Below are positions 11,202 through 20,724 of a stretch of DNA of 64,000 bases, in pieces (the stretch's first letter is position 1; each line of letters starts with the position of its first letter). The notes under the pieces were generated by a model. The model ran no database searches, had not been told where the DNA came from, and worked only from the letters and a program-made list of their open reading frames with translations. Made by a program: the position numbers and the translations under genes. Source of the DNA: an uncultured Acidobacteriota bacterium (GTDB taxonomy: Bacteria; Acidobacteriota; Thermoanaerobaculia; UBA5066; Gp7-AA6); contig CAVXTP010000021.1 in the NCBI GenBank assembly GCA_963764715.1, positions 256,001-320,000 on the forward strand, given 5' to 3'.

Positions 11202-12292
11202 GCCGGAGGCCCGAACGGCTCGAACGGGCGTCCCATCAGGATGGAGGCGATCCGCTCCGCGGCCTGGCCGTCGCCGTAGGGATTCGTGCCGGTCATGCGG
11301 CGCCGCGCCGCGCCGTCGGACAAGAGAGCGGAGGCCTCGCCGACGATCGCCTCCTCGTCGGTTCCGACGAGCCGGGCGAGGCCGGCTTCGACGCCCTCGG
11401 GGCGCTCGGTTTTTTCGCGCAGCACGAGGACGGGCTTGCCGAACGTGGGCGCTTCCTCCTGGATCCCGCCGGAGTCGGTCAGGATGAGGCGCGCGCGCCG
11501 CATCAGGCGCACGAGCGCGAGGTAGTCGAGCGGCTCGACGAGCTCCACGTTCGGAAAAGTCGCGTTGCGGCGGACGACGTCCCGGACGTTGGGGTTGGGG
11601 TGGATGACGTGGACGAACCGAGTGGCCGGAAACCTTCCGGCGAGACGTCCGATCGCGCGCACGACGCGGTCGAGCGGCTCGCCGAAGCTCTCGCGCCGGT
11701 GGGCGGTGATGAGGACGAGGTCTTCCTCCGGCACGGCGCCTTCCCGGCCCGCGATCTCCTCGAGGGCGTCGACGACGGTGTTGCCCGTCAGGAAGACCTT
11801 CTCCGCCGGGACCTCCTCCGCCGCCAGGGCCCGCGCCGCGCGCCGCGTCGGAACGAAGTTCGCGGCGGAGACGAGGTCGACGACGCGTCGGTTCATCTCC
11901 TCGGGGAACGGGTGGTCGAAGTCGCCGGTCCGCAGCCCCGCCTCGACGTGGCCGACGCGCACGCGGCAGTGGAACGCCGCCAGCGCCGCCGCCATCGCCG
12001 TGGTCGTGTCGCCCTGGACGAGGAGCCAGTCCGGCGCCTCGCGGGCCAGCACGTCGTCGAGCCCGGCGAGGACGCGCGCGGCGAGCGCGTTGATCGTCTG
12101 GTTGGGGCGCATCAGGTCGAGGTCGATGTCGGGCGTCAGGCCGAAGAGCGCGAAGACCTGGTCGAGCATCTCGCGGTGCTGCGCGGTCGCGCAGACCACG
12201 ACGCGCGCGCCCGGCTCGCGCTGGAGGCGGCGGATGACCGGAGCCATCTTGATGGCCTCGGGGCGAGTGCCGACGACGACGAGGAGCTTCAT
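11198..12292 (-). CDS. wecB: UDP-N-acetylglucosamine 2-epimerase (non-hydrolysing)
   Basis: GTRPEAIKMAP, VQGDTTT, HVEAGLR, PFPEEMNR, TDSGGIQEEAP, NPYGDG. Confidence 0.95.
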   Translation of the reverse strand: MKLLVVVGTRPEAIKMAPVIRRLQREPGARVVVCATAQHREMLDQVFALFGLTPDIDLDLMRPNQTINALAARVLAGLDDVLAREAPDWLLVQGDTTTAMAAALAAFHCRVRVGHVEAGLRTGDFDHPFPEEMNRRVVDLVSAANFVPTRRAARALAAEEVPAEKVFLTGNTVVDALEEIAGREGAVPEEDLVLITAHRRESFGEPLDRVVRAIGRLAGRFPATRFVHVIHPNPNVRDVVRRNATFPNVELVEPLDYLALVRLMRRARLILTDSGGIQEEAPTFGKPVLVLREKTERPEGVEAGLARLVGTDEEAIVGEASALLSDGAARRRMTGTNPYGDGQAAERIASILMGRPFEPFGPPA

Positions 12293-12444
12293 GCTGGTTG
12301 CGTTCCGCCGGGCCGCGAGGCGGCCGCCGGGTGTTCCCGCCGGGGGCGGGCCTCGCCGCATTGTACGGGCTTTCGCTCGGGAAGCGCGCGGCGAAAATCA
12401 CGCGACGCCCGGAGCGCCCGAGAGTAGACTTCGGGCCCAGAGCC

Positions 12445-12813
12445 ATGATCCCGGAAGTCTTCGAGTGCCCCCGCTGCGAGCGGCAGTTCGTGATCGACAG
12501 CGTGCCCGACACCGGCAGCGAGGCCGTCCACTGCCCGCAGTGCAGCCGCTACCTCGGCGTGCGGGACATCGCGTTCGTGCTCCGGACCGAGCTCGACGAG
12601 ATGATCGAGCGGCTGACGTTCGAGAAGGACCGTCTCGAAAAGGACGAGGCCGTCTACACCCTGACCGACTGCGATCCCGAGATGCGTTACTACGGCCGCG
12701 AGGTCTCGCACGTCATCCAGGTGCTGCGACGGGCCCTGAAGGACCTCCGCGCGCTGAAAGATGGATATCGCCTCAATGCGGGGGCAGCCGGAGACGAAGG
12801 CCCCGGTCTTTAA
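12445..12813 (+). CDS. Small hypothetical protein with N-terminal zinc ribbon (CPRC...CPQC) and helical C-terminus
   Basis: Coding-like codon usage, two CxxC motifs, TAGACT -10-like box upstream. Confidence 0.65.
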   Translation: MIPEVFECPRCERQFVIDSVPDTGSEAVHCPQCSRYLGVRDIAFVLRTELDEMIERLTFEKDRLEKDEAVYTLTDCDPEMRYYGREVSHVIQVLRRALKDLRALKDGYRLNAGAAGDEGPGL

Positions 12814-14258
12814 CTCGTTTGGCCGCCGGTCGCGCGAGCGATCGCCGCGGCCCGAGTCAGGAATGCCCGGAGCCGGCGCAGGCTCGTCTCCTTCCCGAGA
12901 AGCTCCACGACGTCGAAGAGCGGCGCTCCCACGGTCACGCCGGTCAGGGCGAGCCGCACCGGGTGGATCAGCTTGCCCGCCGAGATCCCGTCGGCCTCCG
13001 CCGCCGCGCGGAGCGCCGCTTCGGTCGAGGCGGCGGTCCACTCGGGGAGCGCCTCCAGCCGCGCGGCGAGGGCCTCGAGGTGCCGGGCCGTGTCGGGCTT
13101 GACGTGCTTCTTGAGGCCGTCGGCGTCGTAGTCCGAGGGGTCGGCGGCGTAGGCCGAGAGCGCGCGCCCCATCTCGATCGTCGTGCGCACGCGCGTCCGG
13201 TGGAGCTCGATCGCGCGCCGGGCCACGTCCTCCGGCGGGAGGCCGCCGGCCGCCCACGGCCGGGAGCGGGCGAGGAGCTCCGCCGCCGGCAGCTTCGCGA
13301 TGTACTGCTGGTTCATCCAGAGGAGCTTCTCCGGGTCGAAAACCGAGGGAGACGCGCCGACGCGCTCGAGCGAGAACTCCCGCTCCATCTCCTCGCGCGT
13401 CAGGATCTCGCGGTCCTCGCCGGGCGCCCAGCCGAGGAGGGCGAGAAAGTTGACGAGGGCCTCGGGCAGGATGCCCTGGTCGCGCCACTCCTCGACGGCC
13501 GCGGCGCCGTGGCGCTTCGAGAGCTTCTTGCGGTCGGTGCCGAGGATCATGCCGAGGTGGGCGAAGCGGGGGATCGGCGCGCCGAGCGCCCGGAAGAGCG
13601 CGACGTGCTTGGGGGTGTTGGCGAGGTGGTCGTCGCCGCGGACGACGTGGCTGATCGCCATCTCGGTGTCGTCGACGCAGACGCAGAAATGGTAGAGCGG
13701 ATGGCCGTCGGACCGGACGAGCACGAAGTCGTCGAGGGCCTCGGCCGGAAACTCCACCCGCCCGCGGATCAGGTCGTCGACCACGATCGTCTCGTCGGGC
13801 ATCCGCAGCCGCACGACGTGCCGCTCGCCGGCGCGGGCCCGCCGGTCGCTCTCCTCGGGCGCGATGTCGCGCCCGGCGCCCGAGTAGCGGTAGGCGCGCC
13901 CGGCCGCCTCCGCCTTCTTGCGCTCGAGGTCGAGCTCCTCCGGCGTCTCGAACGCGCGGTAGGCCTTGCCCTCGCGGATGAGCCGCTCGGCGGCTTCGCG
14001 GTAGAGGTCGTAGCGGCGCGACTGGTAGAACGGGCCCTCGTCCCAGCCGAGCCCCAGCCACTCCATGGCCGACAGGATCTGCGTCGTCAAATCCTCGCGC
14101 GACCGCTCGACGTCCGTGTCCTCGATCCGGAGGATGAAGGTTCCCCGCTCGTGACGCGCGAAGAGCAGGTTGTAGAGCGCCGTCCTCGCCCCGCCGACGT
14201 GGAGTGAGCCCGTCGGCGACGGCGCGAAGCGGACGCGGGGAGGCGCGGCGGCGTTCAA
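12810..14258 (-). CDS. gltX: Glutamate--tRNA ligase
   Basis: RVRFAPSPTGSLHVGG (HIGH motif), LRIEDTD, KKLSKRHG (KMSKS motif). TTG start chosen from the upstream -10 box. Confidence 0.95.
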   Translation of the reverse strand: MNAAAPPRVRFAPSPTGSLHVGGARTALYNLLFARHERGTFILRIEDTDVERSREDLTTQILSAMEWLGLGWDEGPFYQSRRYDLYREAAERLIREGKAYRAFETPEELDLERKKAEAAGRAYRYSGAGRDIAPEESDRRARAGERHVVRLRMPDETIVVDDLIRGRVEFPAEALDDFVLVRSDGHPLYHFCVCVDDTEMAISHVVRGDDHLANTPKHVALFRALGAPIPRFAHLGMILGTDRKKLSKRHGAAAVEEWRDQGILPEALVNFLALLGWAPGEDREILTREEMEREFSLERVGASPSVFDPEKLLWMNQQYIAKLPAAELLARSRPWAAGGLPPEDVARRAIELHRTRVRTTIEMGRALSAYAADPSDYDADGLKKHVKPDTARHLEALAARLEALPEWTAASTEAALRAAAEADGISAGKLIHPVRLALTGVTVGAPLFDVVELLGKETSLRRLRAFLTRAAAIARATGGQTS

Positions 14259-14414
14259 GGGGGCCGATCCTACACCGGGTCGCGGTGATAGCCTCGGGCC
14301 GAAAATATCCGATCCACAACACGAGGGAGGTTCCGAGGTATGAGGAGAGCCCTGTCTGCGATCCTGGCCGCGGGACTGCCGCAGGCGCAGACCTCCTCGC
14401 AAGCGAAGCGACTG

Positions 14415-15722
14415 TCAGTCGAGCGGCAGCGTGAGCGAGTACGAGAACCGGCCCCGGCCGATCTCGACGAGGACGCTGCCCTTGTTGAGGTCGCGCTCGA
14501 GCGCGCGGTCGACGTCCTCGGTTCGGCGGATGGCCGTGCCGTTCAGCGCGAGGAGCTGGTCGCCGGCCTTCAGCCCCGCCTGCGCCGCGAGGCTGTCGCG
14601 GTCGATCGCCACGATCCGCACGCCGTCGTCGCCCCCGCGCAGGCCGATCCCGAGCTCCTCGCGCAGGATGCGCGAGCCGATGCCGGGCGGAGGCGCTTCG
14701 CCCTGGAGCGTGACCGTCCGCTCGCCCTCGCGGTTGCGCAGCACGACCTTGAACGGCCTTCCGGGGCCGCGGGTCGAGAGCATCGTCTCGAAGGCCTCCT
14801 GCGAGTCGACCGCCGCGCCGTCGACCGAGACGATCTGGTCGCCGACCCGCACGGCCGCGCGCGCGGCGGGGGAGTTCGGATAGACGATCTTGACGCGGAA
14901 TCCTCGCGGCCGGTTCTCCTCGCCCGAGACGAGCGTCTGGCCGCGCAGGCCCACCCACACCGGGCGGACCTCGCCGAACCTGAGCAGGTCGTCGACGATG
15001 CGCCGGGCGCGGTCGATGGGGATCGCGAAGCCGATGCCCTGAGCGCCCCCGCCGATGATGGCCGTCGCGACGCCGACCATCTCCCCGTCGACGTTGACCA
15101 GCGGGCCGCCCGAGTTGCCGGGATTGATCGAGGCGTCGGTCTGGATGAAGTCGGTGTAGGTGCGGTCGTTTTCGCCCTTGACGCTGCGCCCCGTGGCGGA
15201 GACGACGCCGGCCGTCACCGTGTGCGACAGGCCGAAGGGGTTGCCGATCGCCACGATGGTCTCGCCGATCAGGAGGTCCGACGAGGAGCCCAGCTTGATC
15301 GAGGGCAGGGGCCCGCCGGTCCGCTTCGCCCGCAGGACCGCGAGGTCGTTGTCGGCGTCCGAGCCCACCACCTCGCACTCGAGCTCCACGCCGGCCTTCG
15401 TCATGGCCGTGATCTTCGAGGCGCCCGAGACGACGTGCTCGTTGGTCAGGATGATGCCCTTCGGGTCGATGATCGCCCCCGACCCGAGCGACTGGCTCGT
15501 CCGCCGGCGGGCCCGCGGGTCCACCCCGAAGAAGAAGTCGTCGAAGATCGACGGACGGCGGCGGAGCGTCTGTTCCGCCGAGATGTTGACGACGGCCGGC
15601 GCGACTTTCTCGACTACGAGCACGATCTCGCTGCGCCGGGTCGGCAGGGGAGCGCCCGCGGCGGGCAGGGCCGCCGTGGCCGCGGCGAGCAGGAGGGCGA
15701 AGGGCCTTTTCACGGACTGCAC
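14415..15722 (-). CDS. DegP/HtrA-family trypsin-like serine protease with PDZ domains
   Basis: Signal peptide, LGSG...LTNEHVV, DLAVL, IQTDASINPGNSGGPL; two PDZ-like domains. Confidence 0.92.
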   Translation of the reverse strand: MQSVKRPFALLLAAATAALPAAGAPLPTRRSEIVLVVEKVAPAVVNISAEQTLRRRPSIFDDFFFGVDPRARRRTSQSLGSGAIIDPKGIILTNEHVVSGASKITAMTKAGVELECEVVGSDADNDLAVLRAKRTGGPLPSIKLGSSSDLLIGETIVAIGNPFGLSHTVTAGVVSATGRSVKGENDRTYTDFIQTDASINPGNSGGPLVNVDGEMVGVATAIIGGGAQGIGFAIPIDRARRIVDDLLRFGEVRPVWVGLRGQTLVSGEENRPRGFRVKIVYPNSPAARAAVRVGDQIVSVDGAAVDSQEAFETMLSTRGPGRPFKVVLRNREGERTVTLQGEAPPPGIGSRILREELGIGLRGGDDGVRIVAIDRDSLAAQAGLKAGDQLLALNGTAIRRTEDVDRALERDLNKGSVLVEIGRGRFSYSLTLPLD

Positions 15723-15752
15723 AACGGCGGAGTCTATGGCGTGATTCCGCCC

Positions 15753-15782
15753 AAAAGAAAAGCCCCGCCCGGGGGCGGGGCC
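15753..15782 (-). terminator. Intrinsic terminator of the clpB-hsp20 operon
   Basis: On the minus strand, a GCCCCGCC...GGCGGGGC stem followed by TTTTCTTTT. Confidence 0.8.
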
Positions 15783-15801
15783 AACGATGGAGCGTCCGGG
15801 G

Positions 15802-16269
15802 TCACTTCGACTTCTTGACGTCGATCGTCGAGGGCGAGGCCTCTCCGGTGATCTTGATCGTCCGGGGCTTGGCGTCCTCGCGCTTCGGGAGCTCCACCTG
15901 GAGCAGGCCGTTGGTGAACCGGGCCTGGATCTTCTCGCGGTCGACGTTGTTCGGCAGGCTGAAGCTGCGGACGAACTGTCCGTAGGAGCGCTCGACGCGG
16001 TGGTAGGCCTTGTCGGCGGACTCCTTCTCGAACTGGCGCTCGCCCGAGAGCGTGAGCATGCCGTTCTCGGTCTGGATGGAGATCTGGTCCTCGCGGAAGC
16101 CCGGCAGCTCGGCCGTGATCAGGATCCGGTCCTTCTCCTCGGCGATGTCGACGGGGGGCGCCCAGGCGGCGAGGCTCTCGTCGCGCCGCTCGGTCGGCCC
16201 GAAGACCCGGCTCAGCCGGTCCTGCAGGGAAGAGATCTCGCGATAGGGGTCGAAACGCATCAGATTCAT
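15802..16269 (-). CDS. Hsp20/alpha-crystallin small heat-shock protein
   Basis: WAPPVDI, AELPG, ERSYGQFVRSFSLP, NGLLQVELPK; GGAGG RBS. Confidence 0.95.
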   Translation of the reverse strand: MNLMRFDPYREISSLQDRLSRVFGPTERRDESLAAWAPPVDIAEEKDRILITAELPGFREDQISIQTENGMLTLSGERQFEKESADKAYHRVERSYGQFVRSFSLPNNVDREKIQARFTNGLLQVELPKREDAKPRTIKITGEASPSTIDVKKSK

Positions 16270-16291
16270 GACGTCCTCCTTGAATGGTGGG

Positions 16292-18907
16292 TTACACGGT
16301 GGATACGGGAACGAACGATTCCTTCTTCTCGACGGCGAGCGACGCGCCGTCGGGGGAGACCGTGAGCACGGCGGCGTCCCCCGCCTGGAGCCGGCCCGCC
16401 AGGATCTGCTCGGCGAGGCTCCCGATGACCTGCTTCTGGATGATTCGCTTGAGCGGGCGGGCGCCGAACGTGGGGTCGTAGCCCCGGCCGGCGAGCAGCC
16501 GCCGCGCCTCGGGCGTCCACGAGAGGTCGATGCCGCGGTCGCGGACCGTTTTCGCCACGGTCTCGAGCTGGACCTCGACGATCTTCTCGATCTCGTCGCG
16601 GGTCAGGCGGTGGAAGACGATGACGTCGTCGATGCGGTTGAAGAACTCGGGCCGGAAGTGCCGGCGGAGCGCCTCCTCGATCTTCGCCCGGACCTCTTCC
16701 TCGTCCCGCGTGGACTCCTCGGCGATCCACTCCGAGCCGAGGTTCGACGTCATGATGATGACGGTGTTCTTGAACGAGACGACGCGCCCCTTGCCGTCCG
16801 TCAGCCGGCCGTCGTCGAGGACCTGGAGCAGGACGTTGAAGACGTCGGGGTGGGCCTTCTCGATCTCGTCGAAGAGGACGACGGCGTACGGCCGGCGCCG
16901 GACGGCCTCGGTCAGGCGGCCGCCCTCCTCGTAGCCGACGTAGCCCGGCGGCGCGCCGATCATGCGGGCGACCGCGTGCTTCTCCATGTACTCGGACATG
17001 TCGAGCCGGACCATCGCGTGCTCGTCGTCGAACAGGAACTCCGCGAGCGCCCGCGCGAGCTCGGTCTTGCCGACGCCGGTCGGGCCGACGAAGAGAAACG
17101 AGCCGAGCGGCCGGTTCGGGTCGGAGAGCCCGGCGCGCGAGCGGCGCACGGCGTCGGAGATGGCCTTGACGGCCTCGTCCTGCCCGATGACCCGGGCGTG
17201 GAGGCGGTCCTCCATCTTGAGGAGCTTCCGGGACTCGCTTTCGATCATCCGCTCGACGGGCACGCCGGTCCACTTGGAGACGACCGCGGCGATGTCCTCC
17301 TCGGTGACCTCCTCGCGCAGCATCGGGTGGCCCTTCTGGAGGTCCGCGAGCTTCGCGTTCTCGGCGGCGAGGTCCTTCTCGAGCTGGGGCAGGCGCCCGT
17401 AGCGCAGCTCTGCGACCTTCTGCAGGTCGCCCTGGCGCTCGGCCTCCACCGCCTCGAGCTTGACTTTTTCGAGCGTCTCCTTGATCTGGCCGAGCTTCTG
17501 GATGCGCTCTTTCTCGGCGGTCCAGCGCGCCCGGAGGCCGGAGGCCTGTTCCCGCGCCTCGGAGAGCTCCTTCTCGAGCGCCTCGAGCCGGTCCCCGGCC
17601 TCCTTCGTCTTCTCCTTCTGGAGGGCGCGCTTCTCGATCTCGAGATTGACGATCCGGCGGTCGACCGCGTCGATCTCGACCGGGACGGAATCGATCTGGG
17701 TCCGCAGGCGCGCCCCGGCCTCGTCGATCAGGTCGATCGCCTTGTCCGGAAGGAACCGGTCGGAGATGTAGCGGTGGGACAGGCGGGCCGCCGCGACCAG
17801 GGCGCCGTCGGTGATCCGGACCCCGTGGTGGATCTCGTAGCGTTCCTGCAGGCCGCGAAGGATCGCGATCGTGTCGTCGACGGTCGGCTCCTCGACGTAC
17901 ACGGGCTGGAAGCGCCGCTCGAGGGCCGCGTCCTTCTCGATGTGCTTCTGGTACTCGTTCAACGTGGTCGCGCCGATCGCGCGGAGCTCGCCGCGCGCCA
18001 GCGCGGGCTTGAGCATGTTCGAGGCGTCCATCGCCCCCTCGGCGGCGCCGGCCCCGATGAGCGTGTGGAGCTCGTCGATGAAGAGGACGATCGTCCCCTG
18101 CGCCTCCTCGATCTCCTTGAGGACGGCCTTCAGCCGGTCCTCGAACTCTCCGCGGTACTTGGCGCCGGCGATCATGGCGCCGAGGTCGAGCGAGACGACG
18201 CGCTTGTTCTTCAGGCCCTCCGGCACGTCGCCCATGTGGATGCGGCGGGCGAGCCCTTCGACGATGGCCGTCTTGCCGACGCCGGGCTCGCCGATGAGAA
18301 CGGGATTGTTCTTGGTCCGGCGCGAGAGGACCTGGATGACGCGGCGGATCTCCTCGTCGCGGCCGATGACCGGGTCGATCTTTCCGCGGCGGGCGAGGTC
18401 CGTCAGGTCGCGCGTGTAGCGCTTCAGGGCCTGGTACTTGTCTTCGGGGTTGGGGTCGGTGATCCGGGCCGAGCCGCGGACCTCCTTCAGGGCCTTCAGC
18501 AGGGCGTCCTTCTTGACGCCGGCCTTCGCGAGCCGCTTCGCCGTCTCGGCGTCGGACTCGGCGAGGGCGAGCAGGAAGTGCTCGCTCGAGACGTACTCGT
18601 CGCCGAACTCCTTGGCGATCTCGAAGGCGCGATCGAAGACCTTGTTGAGGTCGCGCGCGAGGAGGGGATCGGCCGAGGCGCCGGAAACCTTCGGCCGGCC
18701 CTCGAGGTCGGACTCGATCTGCTGCGCGAGCGCCTCGGGGTTGGCGCCGAGCTTCTGAAGGATGGGCACGACCACCCCCTCGCTCTGCCGAAGCAGGGCG
18801 AGCAGGAGGTGGTCGCCCGTCAGCTCCGCATTGCCTCGGGCGCGGGCGTCCCTCTGGGCTTCCTGGATGGCCTCCTGGGCTTTGATCGTCAACTGGTCGA
18901 AACGCAT
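16292..18907 (-). CDS. clpB: ATP-dependent chaperone ClpB
   Basis: Two AAA modules ([19 protein letters not shown]), long coiled-coil middle domain, 871 aa. Confidence 0.97.
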   Translation of the reverse strand: MRFDQLTIKAQEAIQEAQRDARARGNAELTGDHLLLALLRQSEGVVVPILQKLGANPEALAQQIESDLEGRPKVSGASADPLLARDLNKVFDRAFEIAKEFGDEYVSSEHFLLALAESDAETAKRLAKAGVKKDALLKALKEVRGSARITDPNPEDKYQALKRYTRDLTDLARRGKIDPVIGRDEEIRRVIQVLSRRTKNNPVLIGEPGVGKTAIVEGLARRIHMGDVPEGLKNKRVVSLDLGAMIAGAKYRGEFEDRLKAVLKEIEEAQGTIVLFIDELHTLIGAGAAEGAMDASNMLKPALARGELRAIGATTLNEYQKHIEKDAALERRFQPVYVEEPTVDDTIAILRGLQERYEIHHGVRITDGALVAAARLSHRYISDRFLPDKAIDLIDEAGARLRTQIDSVPVEIDAVDRRIVNLEIEKRALQKEKTKEAGDRLEALEKELSEAREQASGLRARWTAEKERIQKLGQIKETLEKVKLEAVEAERQGDLQKVAELRYGRLPQLEKDLAAENAKLADLQKGHPMLREEVTEEDIAAVVSKWTGVPVERMIESESRKLLKMEDRLHARVIGQDEAVKAISDAVRRSRAGLSDPNRPLGSFLFVGPTGVGKTELARALAEFLFDDEHAMVRLDMSEYMEKHAVARMIGAPPGYVGYEEGGRLTEAVRRRPYAVVLFDEIEKAHPDVFNVLLQVLDDGRLTDGKGRVVSFKNTVIIMTSNLGSEWIAEESTRDEEEVRAKIEEALRRHFRPEFFNRIDDVIVFHRLTRDEIEKIVEVQLETVAKTVRDRGIDLSWTPEARRLLAGRGYDPTFGARPLKRIIQKQVIGSLAEQILAGRLQAGDAAVLTVSPDGASLAVEKKESFVPVSTV

Positions 18908-18934
18908 GGTGTTACCTGCCTTCCGGGAGCCTGA

Positions 18935-19001
18935 ATCCTATAGATATGAGTGTATCATTGTCAAGTCACATACGTAGAAATATTAGTCAAATAGACTCAA
19001 T
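18935..19001 (-). promoter_or_regulatory. clpB promoter (TTGACA-N18-TAGGAT) with two HAIR-like (HspR) operators
   Basis: TATGAGT-N7-TGTCAAG (18945-18965) and TATTAGT-N7-ACTCAAT (18981-19001) compared with HAIR consensus CTTGAGT-N7-ACTCAAG. The first overlaps the -35 box. The region is an AT-rich island. Confidence 0.75.
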
Positions 19002-19004
19002 AAA

Positions 19005-19685
19005 TTACGCCACGGTTCGCCGGGGATCGACGAGGCCCGCCTCTTCGAACCCACGCGCGCGGAGGAGACACGAATCGCAACCGCCGCAGGGCTCCCCGCC
19101 GGGCCCCGGGTCATAGCAGGAGGAGGTCGACGCAAAGTCGAGGCCGAGATCGGCGGCCCGCCGGACGATCTCGGCCTTCGTCATCCGGAGAAGAGGCGCG
19201 TGAATGCGAAAGCGTTCGCCCTCCGCTCCGGCGCGCGTGCCGAGGTTGGCCGTCCGCTCGAACGCCTCGAGAAACTCGGGCCGGCAGTCGGGATAGCCCG
19301 AGTAGTCGAGGGCGTTGGCGCCGATGAAGATGTCGAAGGCCGAGATCGCCTCGCCCCACGACACCGCGTGCGCCAGGAAGATGGTGTTGCGCGCCGGAAC
19401 GTAGGTCACGGGGATCGGCTCGCGGTGCAGGGCGTGGCGCGGGACCGGGACCGTCGGGTCGGTCAGGGCCGAGGCGCCCGCCGCGGGGAAATCGACCTTC
19501 ACCATGCGGTGCGCGCGCACGCCGGCGGCCGAGGCGATCCACCGCGCGCACTCGAGCTCGATCGCGTGGCGCTGACCGTAGTCGAACGAGATGGCGTGGA
19601 GGTCGAACCCGCGTTCGCGCGCGATCAGCAGGCTCGTTGCCGAGTCGAGGCCGCCCGAGAGAAGGACGACGGCCTTCGGTTTCAT
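19005..19685 (-). CDS. queC: 7-cyano-7-deazaguanine synthase
   Basis: VVLLSGGLDS, FDYGQRH, TYVPARN, DYSGYPDCRPEF, SCY...CGGCDSC. Confidence 0.95.
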   Translation of the reverse strand: MKPKAVVLLSGGLDSATSLLIARERGFDLHAISFDYGQRHAIELECARWIASAAGVRAHRMVKVDFPAAGASALTDPTVPVPRHALHREPIPVTYVPARNTIFLAHAVSWGEAISAFDIFIGANALDYSGYPDCRPEFLEAFERTANLGTRAGAEGERFRIHAPLLRMTKAEIVRRAADLGLDFASTSSCYDPGPGGEPCGGCDSCLLRARGFEEAGLVDPRRTVA

Positions 19686-20335
19686 CGCCCCGGAACGTCT
19701 CCCCAGATCACCTTGTGGAGCTGGAGGCCGAGGCGGATCGGGCGTCCCGAGTCGCGCACCCAGGCGGCGAGGTCCTCGGCCGGGAGGGTGCCCCAGGCCG
19801 GGGAGAACGTGACGACGTTCGACCGGTCGAGATCGCGCTCGCGGACGAGCGCGAGCGACCAGTCGAAATCGCGGCGGTCGGCGAGGACGAACTTGAGCTC
19901 GTCGTGGGGCTGGAGCCGCTCGAGGTTTTCGGGGAGGTTGGCGTGCTGCATTGCGCTGCCGGGCGCCTTGACGTCGACGATCTTGACGACCCGCGGGTCC
20001 ACGCGGTCGAGGGCGACGTGGCCGCCCGTCTCGAGGAGCACGGTCTTCCCGGCCTCGAGGAGGCGGTCCATGAGCGGGTAGACGGCGTCCTGCTCGAGCG
20101 GCTCGCCGCCGGTGATCTCGACGAGCCCGGTCTCCATCGCCAGCGCCCGCGCGGCCGCCTCCGACACCGGCATGTCGCGGCCGCCGTGAAAGGCGTAGGC
20201 CGTGTCGCACCAGACGCAGCGCAGCGCGCAGCCCGTCAGCCGCACGAAGGCGCACGGCAGGCCCGCCCGGGTCGACTCGCCCTGGATCGACTTGAAGATC
20301 TCGGTGATCTTCAGCGACGGATCGCTCGCGCTCAT
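19682..20335 (-). CDS. queE: 7-carboxy-7-deazaguanine synthase (radical SAM)
   Basis: EIFKSIQGE, RLTGCALRCVWCDT, ITGGEP, LQLHK; ATGA-coupled to queC. Confidence 0.9.
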   Translation of the reverse strand: MSASDPSLKITEIFKSIQGESTRAGLPCAFVRLTGCALRCVWCDTAYAFHGGRDMPVSEAAARALAMETGLVEITGGEPLEQDAVYPLMDRLLEAGKTVLLETGGHVALDRVDPRVVKIVDVKAPGSAMQHANLPENLERLQPHDELKFVLADRRDFDWSLALVRERDLDRSNVVTFSPAWGTLPAEDLAAWVRDSGRPIRLGLQLHKVIWGDVPGR

Positions 20336-20724
20336 TCGACGAGAAGCTTTCCGTGCAGCATGTTCATGCCGCAGGTGAACTCGAACTCGCCCGTCCGGTC
20401 GGGGACGATCTCGACCTCCGTCTTCGCGAAGGCCGGGAGGGCGCGCCGGACCCCGAAGTCCGGGAAGACGATCTCGTCGCTGCACGGGCTCGACTCCCGG
20501 CGGTCGAAAACGAGGCGCAGCGGGACGCCCCGGCGCGCGACGATCAGGTCGGGCGTGTAGCCGCCCTTCACGACGACCGTCACCTCCTGGGAGCCGGGCC
20601 CCGCCACGGCCGAAGCCGCCGCCCGCCGCTTGCCGAAGAAGAAGACGTAGATCCCGGCGAGGAGAAGGGCGCCGGCGCCGACCGCCGCGATCCGGTCGGC
20701 CGTCCAGACGACGGCGGGGCTCAC
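20332..20724 (-). CDS. Membrane-anchored cupredoxin-domain copper chaperone (CupA-like)
   Basis: One N-terminal TM helix, GGYTPD, SPCSDE and [10 protein letters not shown]; directly downstream of copA. Confidence 0.85.
   Translation of the reverse strand: MSPAVVWTADRIAAVGAGALLLAGIYVFFFGKRRAAASAVAGPGSQEVTVVVKGGYTPDLIVARRGVPLRLVFDRRESSPCSDEIVFPDFGVRRALPAFAKTEVEIVPDRTGEFEFTCGMNMLHGKLLVE

Noticed and set aside
19005-20335. queC/queE as a deazapurine DNA-modification or QatABCD defence system
   Set aside because: Both look like ordinary tRNA queuosine enzymes. No dpdA, TatD, ATPase or nuclease partners are nearby.
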